From Candidatus Latescibacterota bacterium (GTDB lineage Bacteria; Latescibacterota; UBA2968), in NCBI GenBank assembly GCA_965198115.1, contig OZ240241.1, forward strand, positions 3,008,001 to 3,072,000: a stretch of 64,000 nt of DNA, written 5' to 3'. The notes beneath the pieces are model-generated. The model had not been told where the DNA came from and made no database searches. It saw nothing but the letters and a program-made list of their open reading frames with translations. Each line of letters opens with the position of its first letter. Position 1 is the first letter of the stretch. Below are positions 1-9,296 of this stretch, piece after piece. The translations under genes were made by a program, and so were the position numbers.

Positions 1-73
1 CTCAACCGGACCGCAGGTCGAAACCGGGAAGATGGCCGCCTGATTTCTTTTACACACCTATTGACCTGAGCTC
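1..73 (+). mobile_element. Right end of an IS256-family element (partial, runs off the window)
   Basis: 1-73 matches 3733-3805 (right end of the full IS256-like copy) at 70/73 nt, including the transposase stop and the terminal IR ...TTTTACACACCTATTGACCTGAGCTC. Confidence 0.9.
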
Positions 74-439
74 CATCAGCATCCAGACGTCAGCATCCCC
101 TACAGCGGACAACCCTACGTCGTCGATGAATACGGGGGAACGTGGTGGTCGGAGAATGAAGCGAAGAAGGCGGAAGAACAGGATGCGGATCGGAAGGACA
201 GCTGGGGATACGGCAAGCGCCCGACGGAGGTGGAGGAAGTCTATCGCAGAATCGAAGGACTGACGAAAGCGCTGACCGATCACCCGCATATTGCGGGCTA
301 CACCTACACGCAGTTGACCGACATCGAGCAAGAGCAGAACGGTATCTACCATTACGACCGTTCGCCCAAGTTCGACGCCACGAGACTCAAAAAGGCCTTT
401 GCGGCACCGGTGGCGATCGAACGAGGACCCACAAGCTGA
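74..439 (+). pseudogene. C-terminal fragment of a glycoside hydrolase family 2 (TIM-barrel) gene, interrupted by the IS256 element
   Basis: Open frame from the IS end reads GQPYVVDEYGG...SWGYG...AGYTYTQLTDIEQEQNG, the typical GH2 C-terminal motifs. The stop overlaps the next ATG (TGATG). Confidence 0.8.
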
Positions 440-1359
440 TGAACCTCGACAATTACGTCATTCTGGCTGAAGCCTTTGGGCTCGGGCTGCTGATCGGCAT
501 CGAGCGGTACAAGGATCGGAAGGAAGACAAACAGCGCTTTGCCGGGGCCCGCACCTTCGCGATTTTCGCGGTGCTTGGAGCAGTCTGCGGCCTGCTCGGG
601 AGCCCTCTCTTCACGGCGCTCACCTTCACTGCCCTGTTCGCGATCATTGCAATCGGTTACTTCAGAGAATCGATCCAGGGTCTGGGCATGACGACGGAGG
701 TCACCGCACTGCTGACCTTCTGGCTTGGCTATCTTCTTCACATCCACGAATCGCTTGCAGCCAGCATCGCCATCGTGCTCGTCATTCTCCTCGCATCAAA
801 GCGTGCGCTCCACGGGTTCGTTCGAGAAACGCTGTCAGACACCGAATTCTATGACACGCTAAAGTTCCTCGCAGTCATCATTGTCATCCTGCCGCTCCTC
901 CCAGATCACCAGATGGGCCCCTACGAGTTCTTCAATCCCACTCGCGTCTGGTATCTTGTCATCGCGGTTTCGACCATCAGTTACTCAGGCTACGTTCTGA
1001 TCCGAACGTTAGGCGGAAGACGAGGCATCGAACTGAACGCGGTGACCGGCGGCCTGGTCTCCACGACAGCGGTCACACTTGCTCTTTCGGAACAGGCTCG
1101 CCGTCTACCCGAATGCGTTCGTCTTTTCGGTGTCGCCGGTGTGATGGCCAACGCCGTCCAACTTCCTCGCTTGCTCGTGCTGCTCGCTCTCGTCGACCTC
1201 GACCTCGCTTCGCGCATGGCCATTCCCCTCATCGCCGCCAGCGTCGCAGGACTGGGCGGCGCAATTTTACTCGCGAATCTCAAGCGTGTTTGGGACGACC
1301 CGCCCGATGTGGATCTACTCCTCCAGAATCCTTATTCGCTCAGACAAGCACTAACCTGA
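439..1359 (+). pseudogene. MgtC/SapB-family membrane protein with DUF4010 domain, 3'-truncated by IS1380
   Basis: GLLIGIER and AGARTF MgtC motifs, multiple TM helices, GGLVSTTAVT motif. The stop codon is supplied by the IS1380 left IR (CCTGAA at 1355). Confidence 0.8.
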
Positions 1360-2434
1360 ATTATGCATAAAAAAGGTAGTCTCCTTGTACAAGTGTTTGT
1401 TTTTCCCTACATTAGGGCTGACACATCAAAACAACACTTGGAAGGAACTACCGTGATAGAACCTAGTCAGATCCGGTTACCATTCGCAAGCATTTCGGGC
1501 AAGGTAGTTGAGGCTGATTTTGCCGGTGGCGCCGTCAGGAGTGACGGTGGAGTTCTGTTGCTTCGCGCCCTTGAGTCTCAGATGGGATTGATCGCCAGAA
1601 TGGTAGATGCTTTGCGAGATCGTCGTCACCCAAGCTATATCGATCACACGCTTTTGGATCTTGTGAAGCAGCGTGTTTTTCAGATCGCTTGCGGCTATGA
1701 AGATGCCGTCGATTGTGATGATTTGCGCCACGATCCGGGCGTCAAGGCTGCCTGCGATCGGCTTCCTCTTTCCGGTCCTGATCTCGGGAGCCAATCAACG
1801 ATGACACGACTTGAGAATGATGTGCGACGCTCGGATTTGTATCGGCTCGCACGGGCTTTTGTAGACGGGTTCATCGCATCGTATGACCAGGCACCCCCAA
1901 GCATCATTCTCGATATCGACGACACGGATGACCCAACGCACGGTGCGCAACAATTTTCACTCTTCAACGCGTATTACAATGAACACTGCTATATGCCGCT
2001 ACATATCTATGAAGGCCAAAGCGGCAAGCTCATTACGACGATCTTGAGACCCGGGCATCCGACGAACGGTAAACAGGTCGTTTCTATTCTCAAGCGCTTG
2101 GTGGAACACCTACGCGGATCTTGGCCAAACGTGGAGATCATCGTTCGCGCAGACTCAAAGTTCAGCTCACCAGAGATGCACGATTTCTGCGAAGACAACG
2201 GTATCTACTACGTTCTGGGCCAGGGCGCCAACTCCAAGCTCAAAGCGGCTGGACAAAACCTGATGGACCAAGCGCTACGTCTGAGCGAGCATAAGGAGAC
2301 GATTCGCTTGTTCTCATCCTTCTCATATCAGGCTGGCACCTACCGGTAGCCTCGCCGGATCATTCACAAGGCTGAAGTCACAAACGGCGAAGCAAATCCA
2401 AGATACCGCGTGACCAATTTACAGAGTAATCGAG

Positions 2435-3805
2435 GAGCTATAATCAAAAGGTGTGGAAAAAGAGAAAGGGCGACCCTACCCTTCCCGTGAGATAGTTGAT
2501 TCACACAAAACCGGGTGAGAGGCCCGGTTGGGAAGGAGGATCGCCGTGAAGGAACATACGCATAGAGCCCCATTGAAGTCCATGCCGACGTGGGAGACGG
2601 TTGACGATTGGATCCGTGAAGAGATCCAGGGCCGGTTCCAGTCCATTCTGGAGGAGGAGGCGACCGCGTTCTTGGGCCGGTCGTGGTATGAGCGCCGAGC
2701 CGAGGTCGATAGCTCCAGGGGCTACAGGAACGGCTACGGCAAGCCCCGGCGTCTCTCGACGAGCTGCGGAACGATCAAGGTCCGGCGTCCCCGGGTTCGT
2801 GGTCTGGAAGAGCGGTTTGAAAGCCGCATCCTCCTCCTGTTCGCCCGGAGAACCAGGGCCATTGGAGATCTGCTTCCCGACCTTTATCTCCACGGTCTCT
2901 CCCAGGGCGACTTCGAGTTGTCTTTGCGTGCGCTGCTCGGTGATGGCGCGCCGCTTTCGCCGACCTCGATCGCTCGTCTTCGAGGGAAGTGGGAGGTCGA
3001 CTTCCAGGACTGGAAAGAAAGGCGTCTGGATAATCGCGAACTGGTCTACGCCTGGGCTGATGGCATCTACGTCAAAGCCGGGCTCGAGCGCGAGAAGGCG
3101 TGTCTGCTGGTCGTGATCGGCGCGATGAGCGACGGCAGCAAGGAGATCCTGGCGATAGAACCCGGTTATCGAGTCTACAGAATCCTGGCTCACGGTGCTC
3201 CGGGATCTCCGGGATCGCGGGCTCGAACATCCTGTCCTGATCGCCGCGGACGGGAATATGGGCATCTGGGCGGCCGTTGATCAGGTCTGGCCAGAGAGCC
3301 GGCAACAACGGTGCTGGAACCACAAGATCCTCAACGTTCTCGACAAGGTCGCCAAGCGTGCACAGGCTGAAGCCCGCGCACTGCTCGTCCAGATCCCCTA
3401 TGCCGGCACGAAAAGGAGGCCGAGAAGCTCCGGAAACGCTTTGCCGCACGGTATCGCTCACAGTTCCCTGCCGCCGTGGAGACGCTCGAAAGAGACTGGG
3501 ATCGGATGGTCACGTTCTACGACTTCCCGAAGGAACACTGGAAACACCTGAGAACCACGAACGTCGTCGAGAGCCCCTTTGCTTCCGTTCGGCTTCGCAC
3601 AAACGCCGCCAGGCGATTCAAGAAAGTCAGGAACGCCACGACTCTCATCTGGCGTACGCTCAAGGTCGCAGAGAGCCGATTCAGGAAACTCACCGCGCCA
3701 CACTTGCTACAACAAGTCTACGATCAGAAACACTCAACCGAACCGCAGGTCGAAGCCGGGAAGATGGCCGCCTGATTTCTTTTACACACCTATTGACCTG
3801 AACTC
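2435..3805 (+). mobile_element. IS256-family insertion sequence (1371 bp)
   Basis: Imperfect IRs GAGCTATAATCAAAAGGTGTGGAAAA / GAGTTCAGGTCAATAGGTGTGTAAAA (rc). Perfect 8-bp target duplication TAATCGAG at 2427-2434 and 3806-3813. Confidence 0.93.
2528..3775 (+). pseudogene. IS256-family (Mutator) transposase with two frameshifts
   Basis: Three ORF pieces: YRNGYGKPR...WADGIY...DGSKEILAI, then IAADG...QRCWNHK, then FPKEHWKHLRTTNVVESPF. Breaks at ~3170 (GAGAG dinucleotide) and ~3413 (A run). Confidence 0.87.
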
Positions 3806-4362
3806 TAATCGAGACGGCTTTATCTATGATCGTATCTACTGCGCAAGGGGACGCACGGAAGGCTTCATCAAGGACCACAAAACATTCCTTCACTCCGATC
3901 GAACATCGTGCCACAAGTTTGAAGCCAACCAGTTCCGACTCTTTCTACACAGTGCTGCATACGCCTTGCTTCACGCACTCCGATCACAGGGACTCAAGGG
4001 CACCGCGTGGACCAAACCTCAGGTCAACACGATACAGAACCGTTTCCTCAAAATCGGCGCGAGAGTCATTGAAAGCGCACGAAGAATCCGATTCCATTTT
4101 CCAACATCGTATCCACTCAAAAACGTCTTGGTGTCAATCATCACCAGGCTCGAAACGAACACGCAGTAACAACGCCGATCTATACCGGGGACAGCTATGT
4201 ACACGTCGCAAAACAACACCTGTTCCGGACGAAAATCGTGACTCTTGCGACTCGTAGAGACCGCTTACGGGACCTTGGACATCCGAAGAAGCCGAGAACA
4301 AATCCTGTGCGTGATCACATCACTCCAAAACAACCTAAACTCAAATTCATGCATGATTCAGG

Positions 4363-5607
4363 CTAGCCCGCAAGATCGATACACACGATTTCATCGAAGT
4401 TCCGCACGTAAACGCGGCCGTTCGCCAGGGTGGGTGGCGTCCAGCATCGTCCTTCCAGCACCTGGTCCCGCGCGACTTCCTGATAGGATTCAGGGGTTGC
4501 CACCACCGTCGCTAGAAACCCCTCCTCTCCCAACACGATCAAGTGTCCGTCGGCAAAGATGAGTGATCCTTTGGCGTATGCGCGTGTCTTCCAACGCTCT
4601 TCCCCAGAATCGACATCGATACACTTCAGGATGCTATTGTCGAATCCATACAGATGTCCCTCGTGGAGGATCGAGGAATTGAAGTGGTTTTCCATTCCCC
4701 GACTCGCCCACGCCTCTTCTGCGGCAACGTTCGCCCCGTCCTCCCGCAACCGGATCATGACAGCCCCCTTGTCGTAGGCCGCTGACACAAAGATTCTGTC
4801 GTCAGGCACGAAAAGGGGCGTCGCGATGTTGATTCCCTTCGGCCACGCGAACGACCAGATGATCCTGCCGTCCTCGGGTGAGGTCCCGATCACGTGCTCC
4901 TCTGTGATGAACACGATCTGTGGTTGACCGTGCGTGGTCACCGCGATCGGCGAAGAGTAGGAGAGACCGTCCGTGTGGTTTGACCAGATCGTCTCGCCCG
5001 TGTCCGTGTCGAAGCACGCAACGGACCGGTTGTCATCACCGCCAACCTCTGCGTACAGACGGTCTCTCACCACCAAAGGCGAACAGGCGTAGCCCCACGT
5101 TGGGAGCTCGCTGCCAAACTCTTCGACGAAATTGCGGGACCAGGCGATACCGCCCGTCGCGGCACTCAGCGCGAACAGAGTGCCTTCCGCACTCACGACA
5201 TAGAGGTTTCTGCCATCCACGGTGGGCATGGATCGTGGACCGTCTCCTCTGGATTCCCTGAAACGCCCTCCCGTAGGGGTGCGCCAGACTTCTTTACCCG
5301 TCGCCGCTTCCAGGCAAAGAACATACTCGACCCGCTCGTCGGCGAACATCGTGAAGACTCGGTTTCCACGGACCGAGATTCCGGAGAACCCCACGCCTAC
5401 GGGCTTACGCCAAACCTCACGGGGTCCGGATTCACCCCAGGTGAAGCGCAGCCCCGTCTCTTCCGATTTGCCCGTTCTGTTGGGTCCGCGCCACTGCGCC
5501 CAGTTGTGGGCTGATTCCGACGAACACGTCAGAATCAGCAGGAAGGCGAGGCACAGAATGCCTGGTTTCATCCCTTTCCTGTCGTGTGGTTCATCTCCGT
5601 CTGCCAT
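4363..5607 (-). CDS. PQQ-binding-like (BamB-like) beta-propeller protein, exported
   Basis: Signal-like N-terminus, WAQWRGP motif, repeated xDxxTGxxxW blades, C-terminal CWTPPTLANGRVYVRN. Confidence 0.85.
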   Translation of the reverse strand: MADGDEPHDRKGMKPGILCLAFLLILTCSSESAHNWAQWRGPNRTGKSEETGLRFTWGESGPREVWRKPVGVGFSGISVRGNRVFTMFADERVEYVLCLEAATGKEVWRTPTGGRFRESRGDGPRSMPTVDGRNLYVVSAEGTLFALSAATGGIAWSRNFVEEFGSELPTWGYACSPLVVRDRLYAEVGGDDNRSVACFDTDTGETIWSNHTDGLSYSSPIAVTTHGQPQIVFITEEHVIGTSPEDGRIIWSFAWPKGINIATPLFVPDDRIFVSAAYDKGAVMIRLREDGANVAAEEAWASRGMENHFNSSILHEGHLYGFDNSILKCIDVDSGEERWKTRAYAKGSLIFADGHLIVLGEEGFLATVVATPESYQEVARDQVLEGRCWTPPTLANGRVYVRNFDEIVCIDLAG

Positions 5608-5765
5608 CGGGCCCCACCTTTACAAGAAGTTCACAGATCACCGCGCCCTTCTTCGCTATCCACCTAACAGATGTTCATCCTTACATAAATTCTTACATTT
5701 AATCCAGTCAATCCAAGATTGGATCCAATCTGCACGACGATCCCAAATGAGTTAGATTTTCCACC

Positions 5766-6725
5766 ATGCGAAGAAAACTCATCCTTCCCTTACTTCTGTT
5801 GTTCTGCGCGTGTCGCCCCATCCCCGACGGCGGCCCCACGGGGCCCGACGTTTCCACGGGTCCCACCGATCCCGCAGGTCGGCTTGCCTACGTCGGCGTC
5901 GGATCCCAGGCAAACCTGCAGGTGCTTCTCGTCTTCCCGGACGGATCCGATCCGGTTTCGCCGATCGGCGGTGGGTTCAGCAACGTTGCTCCGGCCTGGT
6001 CACCCGAGGGCTCACGCCTCGCCTACGCCTCGAACCGAGGTAGCTGGGATATCTACACCGTAGATCTCGCTTCCGGCAATGTCACTGCCGTGGTCGAAGG
6101 ACCCAACATCGAACTGGCGCCCGCGTGGTCCCCCGATGGGAATCGCCTTGCGTTCGAACGCCAGATTGACGGAGTCTATGACATTTTCATCGTGAACGTC
6201 GATGGATCCGGCGAGGTCAACCTGACGAACAGCCCGGGAGACGAGCGGAACCCGGCCTGGTCACCCGACGGACTCCGTATCGCGTTCGAAGCCAGAGATG
6301 ACCTCGGCTTGGCGATCGATCTCATCACAATCGACGGAGGGGAAAGAACGACGCTGACGGGGACGGAAGGTGTGTGGAATGGCGCCCCCTCCTGGTCCCC
6401 GACTGGAGACAGGATTCTCATCGAATCCACGCGCCACCTGGGTCCGATCGATCCTGAGGCCTTCAGGGCTTACGATGTATATGCCATCGATGCCGACGGC
6501 TCGAACGTCGAGCGAATCACCGGCTTCTCAACGGCCGCTCGGGCGATTCGGGTGCCCTCCTGGGCACCCAGCGGCACCGCCATCGCATTCGAGTCCAGAG
6601 ACACGAGCCCCCAGTTCGCCAACACGTTCACCTTTAGAATCTGGACGATGGGTCTCGACGGCTCGGATGTGCGCGAAATCTCGACGATCGGAACCGCGCG
6701 CTTCCCACGATGGTCCCCGATTTAG
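5766..6725 (+). CDS. TolB-like (PD40 repeat) beta-propeller lipoprotein
   Basis: Lipobox-like LFCAC. Repeated PAWSPDG/PSWSPTG motifs. Confidence 0.85.
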   Translation: MRRKLILPLLLLFCACRPIPDGGPTGPDVSTGPTDPAGRLAYVGVGSQANLQVLLVFPDGSDPVSPIGGGFSNVAPAWSPEGSRLAYASNRGSWDIYTVDLASGNVTAVVEGPNIELAPAWSPDGNRLAFERQIDGVYDIFIVNVDGSGEVNLTNSPGDERNPAWSPDGLRIAFEARDDLGLAIDLITIDGGERTTLTGTEGVWNGAPSWSPTGDRILIESTRHLGPIDPEAFRAYDVYAIDADGSNVERITGFSTAARAIRVPSWAPSGTAIAFESRDTSPQFANTFTFRIWTMGLDGSDVREISTIGTARFPRWSPI

Positions 6726-7188
6726 CAAACGCCGGCCCTGGGAACCGACACGACAAAGGGCCAGTACCCCGCGGGGATACTGGCCCTTCGGTCTCCCTGA
6801 TGATTAAAAGTTTCGCATCGAAAGCGGCGTCCAGTAGAGGGTGTGATCCAGACCCTCGCCAGCGCATCGTCAAAGCACGAGGGTTGGGCGTTGTAATCAC
6901 GATCCTGTCACAGCACGACGCGCAGTTTCGGAGGGCTTGAGCCGGATCCATCAGGTGTTCCACGACTTCCCCCAGGAGTATGACGTCGAAATGCTCCTGA
7001 AAGATCGGATGTGACGGGTCCTGCACATCACCCTGGTGAACGTCATCATCCCCTTCACGGGATTCGACATCCATTCCGAACAGACGATCCGAACGCGCCC
7101 TGACGACTTCGTGCAGTGGTCCCGTCGAAGCACCCACGTGCAAAACGCGGCCGTGAACACGCTCCAGGATGTAATCGACTCTGGTCAT
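6634..7188 (-). pseudogene. Class I SAM-dependent methyltransferase, probably 3'-truncated
   Basis: VLHVGASTG motif I, FDVILLGEVVEHL, IVITTPN. After this the frame runs through a hairpin into the opposite gene with non-protein-like sequence. Confidence 0.6.
6756..6788. terminator. GC-rich hairpin between convergent ORFs
   Basis: AAGGGCCAGTA...TACTGGCCCTT 11-bp inverted repeat just after the TolB-like stop. U-tract is weak. Confidence 0.5.
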
Positions 7189-7400
7189 ACGTTGACTTGT
7201 ACTCCATGTAGGGTGGCAGTACCGGTGCCACTCATTCGCAGGATGACAACGTTCTCCCCATCCGAACCCAAGACTCCATCGATTGTCACCGACGTTGCGA
7301 GAGTGAGTCTCCGGACGTTGCCGAAATCACTCCCCAACCAGGCCCACAGGCATCGTGTTGGGGCGTATCTCTGTCCATCTGGTTCCCCCCCGAAGCCCAA
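7185..7400 (-). pseudogene. Possible 3' remnant of a gene translationally coupled to the methyltransferase
   Basis: Stop overlaps the methyltransferase ATG (ATGA). The last ~45 aa look beta-strand-rich. No convincing start. Confidence 0.3.
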
Positions 7401-7550
7401 AGGGCGAAGGTGATTGGCGGTTACCCAGGTTTTGATCGCCGACTACGCCCGCGCTGGATTATCTGTCCAAAATCGTCTTCAAGACAACCCCTTTCTCTCA
7501 TCTGACGAGGCGAATCGAAACCGTCTCTAACGATAACCCAAAGGAACAAC

Positions 7551-9083
7551 GTGACTTCGCCCAAACCCGTGCGCTGGTGGCCCGCACTGCTGATCGTCGT
7601 AGTGACCGCCCTTGCCCTGCTGATCCTGTGGATTCACGACACGCAACATCGGCAGACCGTCGTCATGGGCACCCTCGGAACGCTCGTAATCGCAACTTTG
7701 CTCCTGATCACCTGGGCCCTCGCCCTTTCACGTTTGCCGGCGCGCACGCGTCTGGGAATCGCGATCGGTCTCGTGATGCTGGCCGGCGTGGTAGGGCTGT
7801 CTGTTCGGATCGAGGGAATGAGTGGCGACTTCGTACCGATCCTATCGTGGAGGTGGACCGAGGAAGCATATGGGGGTGCATCGAATCCCACACGCCGAGT
7901 GAGCGCTGGGCCCGCGTCCGACTACCCCCAGTTCCTCGGCCCAGCACGCAATGCTTCCCTCGTCGATATCGCGTTGAAAGACTGGACCAACCATCCGCCA
8001 CGCGAGATCTGGAGACGTCCGGTCGGTGCAGGGTGGTCCGCATTTGCTGTCGTTGGTACACACGCGGTAACGCAAGAGCAACGGGGAGAACTCGAATGCG
8101 TCGTGAGCTACGATCTGCTCGCGGGGGAAGAGCGTTGGGTTCACGCGGACACGGCTCGATTCGAAACGACCATCGGCGGCGTCGGGCCCAGGGCGACGCC
8201 GACCATTCACGAAGGCCGCGTCTATGCCTACGGCGCGCTCGGCCAGCTCAACTGCCTGGACCTCGAATCCGGCCGCGAAATCTGGAGCCGCAACCCGATA
8301 GAGGAAAACGGTGTGGAGCCGCCTGATTGGGGCAACAGCTGCTCTCCCCTGCTTCACGACGGAGCCGTGATCGTGAGCGCAGGGGGCGATAGGGACAATG
8401 CTTTGATCGCATTCGAAGCGGGGACAGGCGCCGTCCGGTGGCAAGCCGGCAACAGCGATGCCGGATACAGTTCACCCACCCTCGTGCGTGTGGCAAACCA
8501 GGATCAGATCCTGATCTTCAACGAGCGTCAGCTCGCCGGTCACGACGCGTGGTCGGGGGAACCGCTCTGGACGCACCCGTGGCCGGACGGAACGTTCTCG
8601 ACCTCACAGCCGGTCGTGCTCCCCGGAAACCGGATCTTTCTATCGAGCGGATACGGGATTGGTGCGAAGATGTTTCGAATCGACGGGAAGGAAGCGGGCT
8701 TCACACCTTCGATCGTGTGGGAGTCACCTCGATTGAAAGCGAAATTCACGAACGTTGTCATTCACGGGGGTTACATCTACGGCCTGGACGACGGCATCCT
8801 CGTCTGCCTCGATCCCGAAACGGGGCAACGAAAGTGGAAGCGGGGCCGATACGGCCACGGACAGGTTCTTCTCGTCAGCGACCGGCTCATCGTTCAGACC
8901 GAAGACGGAGATCTCGCGCTCGTCGATGCCAACCCGGAAGCCTTTGTCGAGACCGCAAGCCAACCTGCTCTCGACAGCAAGACTTGGAACAACCCCGCTT
9001 TCGCGCCTCCCTACCTGATCGTCCGCAATGACCGCGAGGCGATCTGCTTCGAGCTCTCGCTCGAACCGACCGATTCCTCCTGA
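7551..9083 (+). CDS. Membrane-anchored PQQ-binding-like beta-propeller protein
   Basis: RBS AAGGA before GTG, three N-terminal TM helices, YPQFLGP motif, W-ending blades, KTWNNPA...IVRND end. Confidence 0.85.
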   Translation: MTSPKPVRWWPALLIVVVTALALLILWIHDTQHRQTVVMGTLGTLVIATLLLITWALALSRLPARTRLGIAIGLVMLAGVVGLSVRIEGMSGDFVPILSWRWTEEAYGGASNPTRRVSAGPASDYPQFLGPARNASLVDIALKDWTNHPPREIWRRPVGAGWSAFAVVGTHAVTQEQRGELECVVSYDLLAGEERWVHADTARFETTIGGVGPRATPTIHEGRVYAYGALGQLNCLDLESGREIWSRNPIEENGVEPPDWGNSCSPLLHDGAVIVSAGGDRDNALIAFEAGTGAVRWQAGNSDAGYSSPTLVRVANQDQILIFNERQLAGHDAWSGEPLWTHPWPDGTFSTSQPVVLPGNRIFLSSGYGIGAKMFRIDGKEAGFTPSIVWESPRLKAKFTNVVIHGGYIYGLDDGILVCLDPETGQRKWKRGRYGHGQVLLVSDRLIVQTEDGDLALVDANPEAFVETASQPALDSKTWNNPAFAPPYLIVRNDREAICFELSLEPTDSS

Positions 9084-9296
9084 CCGAGTGAGCTACCCCA
9101 CAGCCCACTTTATTCTCACACAGGTTCGCGGTCGGGAGACCGCTCCCACCGGCAATCGTCATTCGGGGCGAAAAGCCGTCGTTTCTGCACTCTGTCATTC
9201 TGTCTTCTGCCAATGGGGCGAAGCCCGTCTCCACAGCCGACAGCCCACCGCCCACTGTCTACGCTAAGTCTCGCCCTGCTCCCCCTCGGCCTCTGT

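Larger units (their letters stand above)
1453..4169 (+). pseudogene. IS1380-family transposase with an internal stop, split by IS256
   Basis: Motifs FAGGAVRSDGG, ILDIDDTDDPTHGAQQ, VRADS, YCARGRTEGFIK, RTSCHKFEANQFRL. In-frame TAG at 2347-2349; the frame continues to 2434 and resumes after 3805. Confidence 0.88.
1355..4362 (+). mobile_element. IS1380-family insertion sequence carrying a nested IS256
   Basis: Terminal IRs CCTGAATTATGCATAA (1355) and reverse complement CCTGAATCATGCATGA (ends 4362). Lower GC than the flanks. IS1380-type transposase inside. Confidence 0.9.

Noticed and set aside
2347-2349. Stop-codon readthrough or an alternative genetic code at the in-frame TAG of the IS1380 transposase
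   Set aside because: TAG terminates many normal genes in the window, and the element is independently disrupted by IS256. A nonsense mutation is simpler.
3160-3420. Programmed frameshifting in the IS256 transposase
   Set aside because: IS256-family transposases are single-ORF, and the two breaks are simple deletions in short repeats.
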